A program made the translations under genes and the position numbers. A stretch of DNA of 62,536 nucleotides, filler included, from Circinaria calcarea (Eukaryota): NCBI GenBank assembly GCA_051942165.1. It is 8 parts of 8 records of this genome, joined end to end, with 100 filler letters (N's around TTAATTAATTAA, not from the genome) between each part and the next. Parts side by side here need not be neighbours in the genome. Positions count along the whole stretch, not along the records: positions 7,850 to 15,593 come from JAVECS010001258.1; positions 15,694 to 23,430 come from JAVECS010001259.1; positions 23,531 to 31,263 come from JAVECS010001260.1; 5 more parts are not named here. One strand, 5' to 3'. The notes under the pieces were generated by a model that did no database searches, had not been told where the DNA came from, and worked only from the letters and a program-made list of their open reading frames with translations. Below, piece by piece: positions 12,510 through 24,308 of this stretch (positions are counted from its first letter, which is position 1; the number at the start of each line of letters is the position of its first letter).

Positions 12510-14955
12510 CGATATCAGGGGAGCAATCCAGAAATCAGCAACGGGAACTTTCATTGAGGATCTCGGTGCTTACGGTACTTTCTCTTGAACTAAACATTCC
12601 TTCTTTCCGAAAGATCTAGCAGACTTGATTGAGAAGAATAAGATTGCGGATTGTTCTCGGAGTTTCATTATTGGTACCGTTCCTTAATGCGTTTTTAGTA
12701 CTTCAATGTTGGTCCTTTTGAGTTATCCGAATGATGTTGCAAGCTTCTTTTTCGATATGTACTGAAGGAGGAGATGTGGTTTTACGTTGTGCATGTTGAC
12801 GGCTCTGTACCTTTCCTTTTCACGACCGATTAGACCATGTCTTTCAAAGAATTCAAATATCTACTTGGACAATCCTACACGAGTAAATCCACTCGTTTTC
12901 AGCGTAAGCCCATAAACCCTGTCTATCAAGCGTAATGGATCTAAACCCAACTCTCCACTCTCGAGCCATCTCTCACCCATTTCCCCCACATTCCCACTCT
13001 CACTCCTCCTCCCTTCGATCTCTTCCTTACTTCCGTCCCTCCTTTGTACCCTTACGAGACTTCTAACACCACATAACGCCTCCCCCTGCCATTTTCTCCC
13101 CCTTTTTCTTTCATCCACCACATTATTAGCAACCCAATCATCCCTCAACGTCATGCACGTCCATTGCACCGCCCAACCTCTCCCTTGCACCATCGTCAAT
13201 CAGAGAGATGGAGTAGAAAGAAGGAGCTCAGCACCCAATGGTAGGAGCGTGGTGACGGGGAAGGGGAGGGAAGAGGGTAGATCGAAAGCTAGGATAAGAT
13301 GTTCTTATCACCCAGTCCCAATAATCATATCCCTTAACTCTCGCCAGCACCCCAGAACTCTCTCCCACTACATCATGTACTGAATATTACCTCCTACCAT
13401 GGAGACACTGAGAAACAATCCCGAATTTCACCTCCCCGTCTCTGCGTTCTCACACTTTCCATAACGTCTTACTTCTCTCCCACCGTCTCGGCTTCCTCCC
13501 CAACCTCTCCCCCTTACTCGTGCATAGTCCTTCTATCGCCCTACCTAGTCTTACCCTACCCTACCCTACTCTCCCAAGACCATCAACCCATCCTATTCCA
13601 CTCTAGCTTAGGTTATGCCAGATCAAGAAGACGAACATAGTCTTATTTCTATTATGTACCATGCCCATTATTCTAACTCATCCTCATCCCCAAGCCATCG
13701 CCATCCCGTACTATCCCTTCTCTCTCACCTCTACTACAAGAATACTGTGCTCTCATTCCTCAACGAGCCCCAGAGCTTGACTACATATATTCAACAATGA
13801 ATGCAAATGTCACCGTCTCCTCGTCTCCTCAATCTCTCAACTCTACCTCCTCTCCTCTCTCCCCCAACTCTTCCAACAAGGTCTCAAAGACCAGCATTAA
13901 ATTTCCCAATCAAACGCACATAAAATGAAGGCAAAGTACAGTAGCCAACTTCAGATATTCTACGGTAGGACATCAACGGGGGATGCGGGTCGAGTGGGCG
14001 CGAAGGTAGGGGCACGAAGACGGAGAACATCGAGGATAAGGGGAATGACTAGCTCCCAAGTGGGGATTTTCAGCAATTTCAGGGGTTTAGAGCTGGAGAT
14101 GAATGATCGAGATCGAAGCAAAGAGGGGGAATGCTTGGAAGTCAGGTAGAGTTTGAAAGATACAACTGGCATCTAGCATCTTCCATCCGACTACCTTGAA
14201 CCATAATCTTTTCTAAGTCTTCAAATTTCCTACCTCATCCTCCTACTCCTACTCCTTTCCCGCCTATCCTCTCTCCTTTCCCCTTCTCATAAGCGCGACA
14301 ACGGGAAAAAGGGACCGGGAACCAGATAGACTAAATTCCGCCCAGGCACGAAAACACTTGGCACAATTATCATCATCATCACAATCGTATTCATCATCGG
14401 ATATTATCCAACTATTTTCCAAATTCGATTTCAAGCACAAGCAAGTGGCATGAGCAAGAGCAACTTTTTTTCCCATTTCCCCCTGTCGCACCCTCTCAAA
14501 CCAGAGGACCACAAGGAGCACAGGGCAGTCTAAAATACAAACATCGAGTTGCCTCCCTTATCGGGTAAGCCCCTTAGCAGCTAAAAGGACATGGCAAGAC
14601 TCGAAGATAAAAAAACAACAGAGGCCGTTAATAAAAGTTGATTTGGTGATGGTACAAAGCAAAAAAAAAGGTAATTAATGCTCAGGCCCTGCCTGGCAGA
14701 TAGTGCGTGCTCTAGTCAACATTCCGGCAAAACAGAAGTAAAACGAGAAACGCTCTAAATGCCATGCGTGAACATCATCAATCCCAACTGCCCCGCCCCC
14801 GCCTCCTTTCCTCCAGACACAGCAAAAGGCCCCGAAATCGCACGCACATACCACTTAAGGTCTAAGATAGAACGACTAGATATGCAGAAACCACTGGACG
14901 GTGGTTTAAAAATATCAGACATTCGTAATCTTTGGACCGTACGATGGTTACGTTC

Positions 14956-15587
14956 TTAAGCGGCAGCAGTAGCAGGGGGGTCGTTAGCTTGTACGACACC
15001 GTTCTCCGTGAGTGGCTCGGTGCCAGCAGCCTCACCATCGATATCTTCTTTGCCTGGGCTATCGATGGCAATCTTGACAGCGATTTCACGACCCTCAATC
15101 TCTTTTCCGTTCATTTCTTCCACAGCCTTATTTTGCATCTCCTCCGATTCAAGTGTGACGAATCCAAACCCACGACCTTTACGCGGCTCATTGCGGGCTC
15201 GAAGCTTCTTGACCATGAAAGGCGGGATGGGTCGAAGCGCAATTTTTGCGGCGGAAGGATTATATGGGGCAAACAATTCCTTAAGCTGTTGCTCCAGTCA
15301 GTACCGGTGAAGGAGAAGCAAGGGTAATGTAAAATTCGTACCTTTTCCTCACTTAGATCATAAGGAAGATTAGCGACCATAACCTTGTTCTTTGATGGAA
15401 TGCCGTCTTCGGGAGGTCCACGCTGCTTGGGTTGACGAGGAGCACGTGGCTTGGCTTCCTTTCCAGCATCCGTGGCTGGGGCGGCGGCTTCGTCAACCTT
15501 CACCTCGTTAGTGGTGTCCGTAAGCGGCAAGACGTGCTCTGGCAAGTTGGTCGGAACATTAGTTGGAGCATCGCCGTTGGTTTGGCG
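14956..15587 (-). CDS. RRM RNA-binding protein (Sbp1/Rnp24-like), 3' part only
   Basis: RNP2 VMVANL and RNP1 RGFGFV; one intron near 15342-15287; the 5' part lies beyond the spacer. Confidence 0.85.
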
Positions 15588-15593
15588 CTATAG

Positions 15594-15693
15594 NNNNNNN
15601 NNNNNNNNNNNNNNNNNNNNNNNNNNNNNNNNNNNNNTTAATTAATTAANNNNNNNNNNNNNNNNNNNNNNNNNNNNNNNNNNNNNNNNNNNN
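15594..15693. other. Artificial contig spacer
   Basis: N44-TTAATTAATTAA-N44. Confidence 0.98.
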
Positions 15694-15980
15694 TCCTCCT
15701 CCAAGGTCGGCACTAAAGTGATATTAAAATTTGCCCCGACATCATCACCCAGCCCAAGGAGGACCTGCACCGCTACCCGATCGTGTTGCATGTTCAGTTG
15801 GATCGGTCCTCCGCTAAGGGGCCACGGGGTTCGATCATCGCTGGGGTTGTCTTGCCCGCCGCAAGGGAAGTTAGCCAGCTTGTCTTCATCAAAACCGCGC
15901 GCCTCTGGGTATTGGAGGAGAAAATGGGCCGACACGGAGGGCAAAAGACCCAGGAGGATCTGAAGAAGGAGAAAGTTCAT
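15694..15980 (-). CDS. BIM1-like / X325 LPMO-like copper-binding secreted protein, 5' part
   Basis: An 18-aa signal peptide ending VSA places His at mature position 1: HFLLQYPEARGFDED...PCGG...RTPWPLSGGPIQL.MQH.. This is the BIM1-like/X325 His-brace pattern. Confidence 0.85.
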
Positions 15981-16158
15981 GATGCACGTGATTTGCAGGA
16001 TATGGAGAGATGGAAAGATTTAGGCGTGGTATGAAGGTAAGCTGTCGTCTTCAAGGAGATTCGGAGAGACGAGAGGAACGACCAGAACGTGGAATGGCGT
16101 AAACACTGCCATCATGGACAGCGTACCCAGTCACGATTGATATGGCCCGGAGATATTG

Positions 16159-16225
16159 GAGCAAATGTGCTCAAGCTAACGGGCCAGAACATGGATGAAT
16201 CAACAGATCTGGGGAAAAGAGCAAA
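16159..16225. promoter_or_regulatory. Putative Mac1-type copper-response elements upstream of the BIM1-like gene
   Basis: GAGCAAA (reverse complement TTTGCTC) at 16159-16165 directly abuts TGTGCTCA at 16166-16173. A second GAGCAAA lies at 16219-16225. Confidence 0.6.
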
Positions 16226-16699
16226 ATGGAGCATCATTGCCGGGGAAAGCACCATCATCCTGCACAGCAAAGTATTCTACGAGTGGCTGGAAACATTTCC
16301 TCGACGAATGCGTTAAAGCTGCATTCGGCGGACCCATGCTGTTGAGTGCTTGAAGCTACTGTACTGTAGAATGCCCTAAATGGTTGACGATCATTCTACT
16401 CTACTCTAGCGAGTACGCTAGGGGTCTTGTTTCCGTAGCTTCCGTACTATGCATTTTGAGGGCTTAGCTTGGATGAGGCCTCATGTAGCAGCTGGATCTT
16501 CGAGATCTTTCAATTAGGTGATAGAGACAAAACTCATGTTGATTCAAGCAACAGGCAAGTTGGTGGGTGTTGCTTTCCAAGAAAGCGATCCGCGCCAACT
16601 GCACATAGGCCGTTCATACAGTGAAGTCGATTTCGCAAGTCGCTAGTGCAATGCCCGATAAAAAAGGACCTCCTCCCTCCATCTGGAACCGACCAGTCC

Positions 16700-17325
16700 C
16701 TAATGCTCCTCCATTGTAGCGAATCGACCCACAGCTAGTTCGCCCAAGAAGGTGCCCCCAAGGATTGATAGAAAATAGCCAACGTTCATTGTCATAACAC
16801 CCAGCATCCTGGAAGCCGTTAGTCTTCGGCACGCACGTTGCCCCTAGATAGATGTAGAGATGCAGCTCACAGGAGATATCCCACCGCGGCCGTTATAGTC
16901 ATGAATGCTGCGCGGGGCAGATCCACGCTGAATCTCCAGGGAGTTACCGGCCGGACGTGCCTCCGAACGACCTTGACATGCTCCTCGACGCCCCGCTCCG
17001 TGATCAAGGTTCCGCTCTTGGCTTCCGTATTCTCGGCGATTCTTTCTGCTTCGCGCGCCCGGCCTTCTACGACGACATACCTCCGATCCAGTTCACGATC
17101 CAACCATCTTCGTTCGAGGAGCAGTTTGATGGCGAAGAGGCTGCGGAAGACGGTAGCGAGGATGATGAGGAAGACGCACGTCCCGGCGTAGGAGCCAGCG
17201 CTCTTGGGGGCCCAAGTCCTGGAGTAGAGCGGAGTGGAGGTGGAGGTGAAGAAGATCATCTCCATCATCGACGCCGTCGTCGTCGAGGTAGCACTAGACG
17301 GAGAATGTACATGCCCGGAAGACAT
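16700..17325 (-). CDS. Ctr-family high-affinity copper transporter
   Basis: His/Met N-terminus (MSSGHVH..MMEMIFF), TPLYS..W, GYLL, intron 16870-16809, MLGVMTMNVGYFLSILGGTFLGE (MxxxM and GxxxG motifs); stop TAG at 16702-16700. Confidence 0.93.
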
Positions 17326-17574
17326 TTTACAGCCAGCGGTTCATGGGAATAGAAAGCAGCAGCCGCAATGTGCCTAAGCCGAAGTCTGGTGCGATTCCTG
17401 AGATAAAGAGGAGAAATGGGGGCAGAAGTACGGGTCAAGTGTAGCCCTTTGCTATAGACATTGGATTCTTCAAGAAGGGACACGGAGGAGATCACAGGCA
17501 GGTGCAATTCACCGCACGTAATCTTACCGTCTACTCCGGACATGAGGCGATTGTCAAGCCCGGTCGACTAGTCG

Positions 17575-17722
17575 GAGCAAAAGCGGAGTTTGAGCCAGTT
17601 GTGGTGAAGGCGCTCTTCTTTCACCAGTCACTCACTGTCTTGTCCCGGAATTCTTTGTGTCGATGAGGTGATCAGGGCAAGGAACGCGGCTAAGCGAGAA
17701 GGATCCCTGCACAACTTGCTCA
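17575..17722. promoter_or_regulatory. Putative copper-response elements in the divergent CTR/FRE promoter
   Basis: GAGCAAA at 17575-17581 and TTGCTCA at 17716-17722. Confidence 0.45.
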
Positions 17723-18178
17723 AACCACCTTAATCGCTACTTCCACTCGGTAGTCAGTCGCAGTTTTGATCGGGTGCAGTGGCGGTGGTCTCGGCCATAC
17801 TGATAGTCGTGTAATTAAATTCTGGTTGGGTTTCCGTATCCCACACACGTGCAACTTGCATTTGGACTAGAGGAAGAAACAGACTTCGACTTCGACTCGT
17901 ACAAGAGTGGGCCAGTGCCTTTCGTACACACCTTTCCTTCTCACGTTCCTTGCCTTACTACTGTCTTTTTCTCTAATCCCAGAAAGACAACCCCCCAAGC
18001 TGAGAGTCGTGTGCTATCTACTACTCCAGGGAACCCAACAGGCATTACCTCGAGTATCATTCGCGCGGCCAATGTGTAGCTCATCCGCTGTTTAGTTCTC
18101 CGTCGCCTCACTGTGTCCATAACTGAACCGCGGTCACGGGGAAACGTTGTCAATAAGATTTCCAGCTGAGGCGCCGCG

Positions 18179-20298
18179 ATGGACATGGGAAGTATGGGGG
18201 TGTCGATGGGGAATGGTGTACCTACGTTGGCTTATATGCAGAAGATGTACTGGGCTGCAGCTGGAGCAGTGGTTGCTTTTGCCACCATTGTCAATGTCCT
18301 AAGTAAGGCTATATTCAGGCAAAGGTAAGCCGCCGTCCGTTGTCTTCGCATAATCTTTTTTTTAAACAGCTTGTCAGAATGATGGCAGTTGCTCGTGGAG
18401 AGCCCGAGCCTGCCAAACCAAGAAGAATTCTGAGTACAGCAATTGCGACTATGACGGCAATCACGCGCGAGATGGTGGACGTGGGGCCAGACACAACTTT
18501 GCTACGAAAATATCGACTACCGTTACCAACTGCAGGGCGGACCGGACTCATGGTGGCAGAAACAGTCACCGTCCTTGTTCTCTGCTTCTACAAGCTTAAT
18601 CCCCAGGATCAGTGGCAATGGGAAGATATCGGGTATCGAATCGGCGTCATTGCTACAGCCCAGCTTCCTTTCCTGTATGCCCTAGCAGGCAAGCATAATA
18701 TTATCGGGGTGCTCACCGGATACAGCTACGAGAAACTGAATTGGCTCCATCGATGGACGGCAAGGATTTTGTTGCTAACAGTCACCATCCATATGGCTTT
18801 TTGGTTTCGGAGTTGGGCAAGATATAACTTCATTAAGGTAAAAATTACCACGGATGCTATCACTCAGAGGGGCTTTGCCGCATGGTGCATTCTGCTTTGG
18901 ATCGTCTTTAGTTCAATGGCCCCAATCCGAAGATGGAATTACGAGTTTTTCGTGATTCAGCACATTGTAACGTTCATCGGGTTTACTGCCGCGGTCTACC
19001 TTCATGTCCCAGCTGAAGTCAAACCATGGGTTTGGATCTCCATTGCACTTTTTATTTTAGATCGTGTATTGCGGGCATGTGCCTTGCTCTACATTAATAT
19101 CTCATGGCTCCATCCAAACCAGAATAGGAAAGGTTTCTGGGGTTTGGGCGCTACGATGGACTCCTTGCCTGGCAGAGCCACTCGAATTACTATACGAAAT
19201 CCACCGATCGACTGGAAGGCCGGGCAGCACGTGTTCCTCTCATGCCATTCCATCGTACCGTTACAATCCCATCCGTTTACGATATATTCCTTGCCCCAGG
19301 ACGGTAAGATGGAGTTTCTTATCAAATCAGAAGCCGGCTGCACGAGGAAAATCTACGAATCTGCCGAGAAGCACCAGACTCTACCAGGGCCAACAGAGAA
19401 ACGGCAAGTAAATTGCACAATTGAGGGACCGTATGGACGAATGCGACCACTTAATCAGTTTGACAGTGTCTTTCTCATTGCCGGGAGCACCGGGAGTACA
19501 TTTATCCTTCCCCTGATGAGAGACCTTGTGCGAAAATGGGATGATTGTACAATCACGGCTACGAAACACATTCGCTTCATATGGGCAGTAAAATCTCACA
19601 GCCAGTCTGCTTGGTTTGCTCCACAGTTCGCCACCGCTGCCGAAACTGTTGCCCGACTCAGGTCGGAGGGCCGGAATATCGAGTTGCACATCAGCATCTA
19701 CGTGACTTGTGACGAGACATTTGACACCGCCGATGACCCTTGCGGAGGAGGATCCATCCGGCCGGGAAATGACTTGAAAACACCAATTACCCACATATGG
19801 GATGAGAATGAAAAGGTGAGTGTGACAGGTAAGCTGTCACAGCTAGACCATAAGCTCGAGGATGAAGTCAGCAAGGCGTGTGGTCCAGACGGTGCATGTT
19901 GCTGCACAGCTACTATTGTGGACGAGAATGGAGGAAATGATGACGCTGCGAAATTTGAGTGCCGATGCGGTGACGATGTAATACAGATTGTCGAGGAAGA
20001 GAAAAGTTCTCCGCAAGATTCATCAAGCATTGATACAGGATACTCTATCTCTTTGCATAAAGACCCAATGGCCTTACATCCTTCAATCACGGTGTTATCC
20101 GGACGGCCACACCCACGAAGCTTACTTCGAAAGACATTGGAGCAAGCGTTAGGGGAGAGTGCGGTCGTTGCATGTGGGCCACTGGGGTTACTTGACGATG
20201 TTCGATCAAGTGTGGTGACATTAAGCGATGAAAGAGCCATCCACAAGGGTACTGGAGCACAAGGCATCTACCTCCACACAGAATCTTACGGGTATTGA
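18179..20298 (+). CDS. Ferric/cupric reductase transmembrane component (FRE family)
   Basis: ATG 18179 (MDMGSMGVSMG), intron 18325-18377; heme histidines in LHRW/TIHM and IQHI/YLHV; FAD motif HPFTI; EGPYG; NADPH motif LIAGSTG; ACGP; terminal HTESYGY. Confidence 0.94.
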
Positions 20299-22608
20299 CT
20301 TCTAATACTCAAAGATGCTATGGCCTCAACAAGCCCCTATTATGAATAACATATTCCTTGGAAGACCAGGTCTGATAGGTTTGCGTTTTAAGGTACACCA
20401 TCCAGGGTAGCTGGTAAAATACTTGTCGAGATCACAAAATATAGCTAAGCTCATGGGGCCTGGTATCCCATGGTAGAACCACGCCTGCTTAAGGCTTGCC
20501 AGATCCCTAGCCTCAGGTTCCGCAGAGCAACGACTTTGGCCGCGAGAATTACGACATATAGGACTTCCGAGTAAATCGAAGGTCCCAAAAGGTCATTTAT
20601 CGTCAGGTGTTCAGTGGCGTCCTTTGGTGGCATTGTTGGAGGCACGAGAAGTGTCATCCTTGTCGGCCAACCGCTTGACCACAGAGAACCAGCTATGGAG
20701 ACATAAACTAATGCGTGTGACCATGAAGTGCTCTCTACGCCTGGGACAATGAACGTTTGCACGGTAGCAACATGAACGCGAAGTGCTTCTAGAGGCTTAC
20801 CTGATGATAATATGAACTTGCACATGTCATACTTGACATAAGGCCAGGATAAAGCGCAATATTATAATCATATTGCAATTGCGACGATTTCATGGAGGAT
20901 CAAAGAAGGGCGAAGATACAGTATGGCATGGTCTGCCCTTAAGAGGATACCAAGATCGCCAAGTCCCAATGGCTGTTGGTATATAGGTAGTGGCTGATAA
21001 GGCAGTCTAACGGACTACTATGGTCGTGCTGCCAAGTCCTTTTCATATCAAAAACTACCACCTACGTGCAAGCTTGCAATCCTGTGCATGGCAACTTACT
21101 TTATCTAGGCATCCAACTGGCTAATAGTAGCTCTAAGCCCTCAGTTATTCTCCCTTGGTCGTCGCCACTCGTAGTCGGTCCTGTGTCCTTTCCACCAGAC
21201 ACTACAGCCAAAAGGCCGAACAAGCGTACTTGACCACCAGAATCAGGGCCTTCTTCGTTTATGTAGCTCCATTCGGACTGTATCTGGATGTGAGAATATA
21301 GCGGTGATACTCGGATTTTGGCCATTCGGAGTGAACTATGCCTACGAGGTTTAGCCATCTATCACGTGCTCATGTTGTCTGAGCATCGACTATCGAATGA
21401 TTGAAGGGTGCCTTGTCATGAAGGCGCAGGCCTTGGACCATCTGAGCTGATCTTATCGCCGCTCGGACATCCTATCCCGACTCCTTGTCGGCAGGAATGA
21501 AGGTTGGGAGCAAGTGCTCAATCCACAGCACATCGTCTATGAAATTGCTGAATTGGTTTCATTGGGTGAAAAGTCTTCAGGAGTGGCTTCGAGATCGGCA
21601 TTGTTCATTGAGGCGCCGAGAGCGGGAGTTGAACTCACGACGGATTGGTTCCTGGAATTGAAGTTGGAGAGGTCGAGCTGAAGATAGGTGCTGCAGGGGA
21701 ATAGGACATGCTTCTCAATATCTGCGTCGGCAGCCTCACAGGTAGATGAGGTTACGTGGGGCGAGATGAATATGTACAGAGTATGTATGCACTGGCTAGT
21801 TTAGAATAAGGATTTTCCTCCATCAAACCAGTCTTACCTGAAAGACCTAGCCAACGGCTGGCCCATGTTCCTCGAGGAAGTAAACGTTATTCACCGAGGT
21901 CCCTTTGAGACGATTGAACTCGTGATTTTTCATTTCTGGTCGAATACACAGAATAAACCGGGGTAAAACAACCGCCCTCGGGAGGATTCGACAAAACACT
22001 GCATTTCCCAAAGTTTCCTTCACCGCATGTCGCAGTCAAGGGAGGCACGGAGGACATAGTAAGCGCAATCGATGCCTGAACTAGCTTAGCTGACGACCAT
22101 GCTAGTTCATCTCCTGCAAAGCTCGGATCCCCTGCACTCATTGTGGGGGACGATCGGGCGCCGGGCCAGTGAGATAACGAGATCTGACGCTAGCGGAACC
22201 AAGATCGCAATGCACCAATCGAAGCTGTCGGAGTGCCGCAGTCTCGTCCGGTTTAGGCTATGGAAGCTTGGGTGCAAACCTTGCAGGCGTCATTCCAGGC
22301 TTGTTCGAGGACTGTGATTGAGCGAGGGCCGGATGATTGCACCTTACAAGCTTGATCTTGTCTCGGGCAGGTCTTGTCCTTACGCCCCGGGGAGTTGGTA
22401 ATCCTGACCATGACTTCTTTGCCGTGTATCTCTGGGGGATCCGTTGATCTCTCTCAACCCCATGTTTCCTTGCGCACATTTTCCTTTATAAGCTTCGGGA
22501 CTAGGTACCTGGTGTATCCGCCTCTCGGAAATACATGCATCGAGTCGATCCTTCTGGCTCCCTTTACCCGTATATTCCCATTGAGTCCTCGTGCCTCAGT
22601 CCTAGATC

Positions 22609-23430
22609 ATGTCAAGTCCGCGCGTACTGATCTACTTACTCCGACGTGACCTCCGCATAAAGGACAACCCGGTATTGCAGGAAATAGCTAAGGCGTACCA
22701 GCGACCGCATCAACCATACACCCACCTACTTCCCGTCTACGTCTTTCCAGCTCAGCAGCTGGAGGTATCAGGATTTGTGTCCGCTGACTCGGAGCGCTCC
22801 CCTTTCCCAGAGGCAAGATCGCCATCAGGGGGATTCTGGAGATGTGGGCACCACCGCGCAAAGTTTGTAGCGGAGAGTGTGTGGGATTTGAAAAAGTCCC
22901 TGGAAGGCGTGGGAAATGGATTACAGATCCGCGTAGGAATGGTCGGGCAAGTAGTGAAAGAAATTCTGGATGCCTACAAGGAGGGCGACACTCCAGGGGA
23001 GATCGTGAGTGTATGGATGACGAGCGAGGAGGGCGTCGAAGAAGAGAGGGAGGAGCGAGACGTTCGGAGGGCCGTTGAAGGTGCTGGGAAAGACTTCCAG
23101 ATCTGGGTAGATGAAAAGTATTATATTGACGAGTACGGACATTCTTTATCTAATATTGAGACGTTGAAACGCTAAACCTCTTGCAGTCGTGACCTCCCTT
23201 TTCGCAATCCATGCAACCTTCCCGACGTTTTCACGGCCTATAGAAAACAAGTCGAACCTCTACGAGATGCTCCTAGGCGGACCCTTCCGGTACCTGGAAA
23301 TTTACCCCCGTTACCAGCGGTCATACCTCCTCAATCAGCGCCTTTTGCCATTCCAGATAACCTCGACGACATCATTGGCTGTCTCGTTAAACCGCTTGAG
23401 CCTAGTCTTGGTCTTGCTCATCCCCCCAAC
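22609..23430 (+). CDS. Cryptochrome DASH (photolyase family), 5' part
   Basis: LIYLLRRDLRIKDNP, THLLPVYVFP, GFWRCGHHRAKFVAESVWDLK; intron near 23133-23187; DLPF..LPDVFTAYRK. Confidence 0.88.
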
Positions 23431-23530
23431 NNNNNNNNNNNNNNNNNNNNNNNNNNNNNNNNNNNNNNNNNNNNTTAATTAATTAANNNNNNNNNNNNNN
23501 NNNNNNNNNNNNNNNNNNNNNNNNNNNNNN
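23431..23530. other. Artificial contig spacer
   Basis: N44-TTAATTAATTAA-N44. Confidence 0.98.
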
Positions 23531-24308
23531 CGGGTTTGTAGAAGACCTTCTTTCCAAGGTTCCCAATCGTTTTACCCGCCTTCTCTTCAGTACCCGAGAG
23601 CAACGGCACACGACGGACGATGCCTATGTCCATTTATACAGCAAGGAGCGGATCGGGACCTTTGTGAGGCTAGTAATATGCTGCCTCGCTGTAGTGACTT
23701 TGATGGCCCCAGTTGTGGTTTTATTGCTGGTCAATTCAACGTCTTCTATCAAGATTATGGTCATCGTGCTCTCTACAATGCTCTTCGCTGTCATATTAAG
23801 TGTGTTTACAAAAGCTCGGAGGCATGAGGTCTTCGCGGCTACCGCTGCGTGAGTAATTATTCTTTTTTCACTTCTTAGGGTGGCCTCTGGAAGGCACAAC
23901 TTTGTGCAGCATATCGTGGTTTAGTTTTTGCATTTATAGCGAAGCTGAGCAGCCACCGCTGGCATTCTTATATATTAATTTCCATCCTTATACTTCAATC
24001 GTTGTTGTAATTGGCTTCTTATTCAATTCTTACAACATACACTCTCACTGTGTTTTATAAAACTCAGCTCTTTGTCAATTCTATCTAGACTCCATGCAAG
24101 ATACATATGTATAAACCCGTCAAGATTTAAGAACACATTTGATTATCTCATTTTCGCGCAATCTCTGTAAACTACCTGTCTCCACACCGTGATTAAGAAA
24201 GCTACGATGACCGCTAGGGATCAAGAGGCTGACCGACCTTCTCGCCGACATAGGTATTGTGCGGTCCTAACGGTATTCCTGGGGAATATCATTCCCAACG
24301 ATCCTTGA
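23531..24308 (+). CDS. DUF6594-like membrane protein, 3' part
   Basis: Three C-terminal hydrophobic segments ending KARRHEVFAATAA, intron 23849-24253, YCAVLTVFLGN. This is the characteristic end of the family. Confidence 0.75.

Noticed and set aside
12600..14900. Short ORFs in the CT-rich tract
   Set aside because: Low-complexity UTR/intergenic sequence without coding signatures.
20400..22500. Possible minus-strand gene between FRE and cryptochrome
   Set aside because: Some splice-like sites and short ORFs, but no consistent frame or recognisable family.
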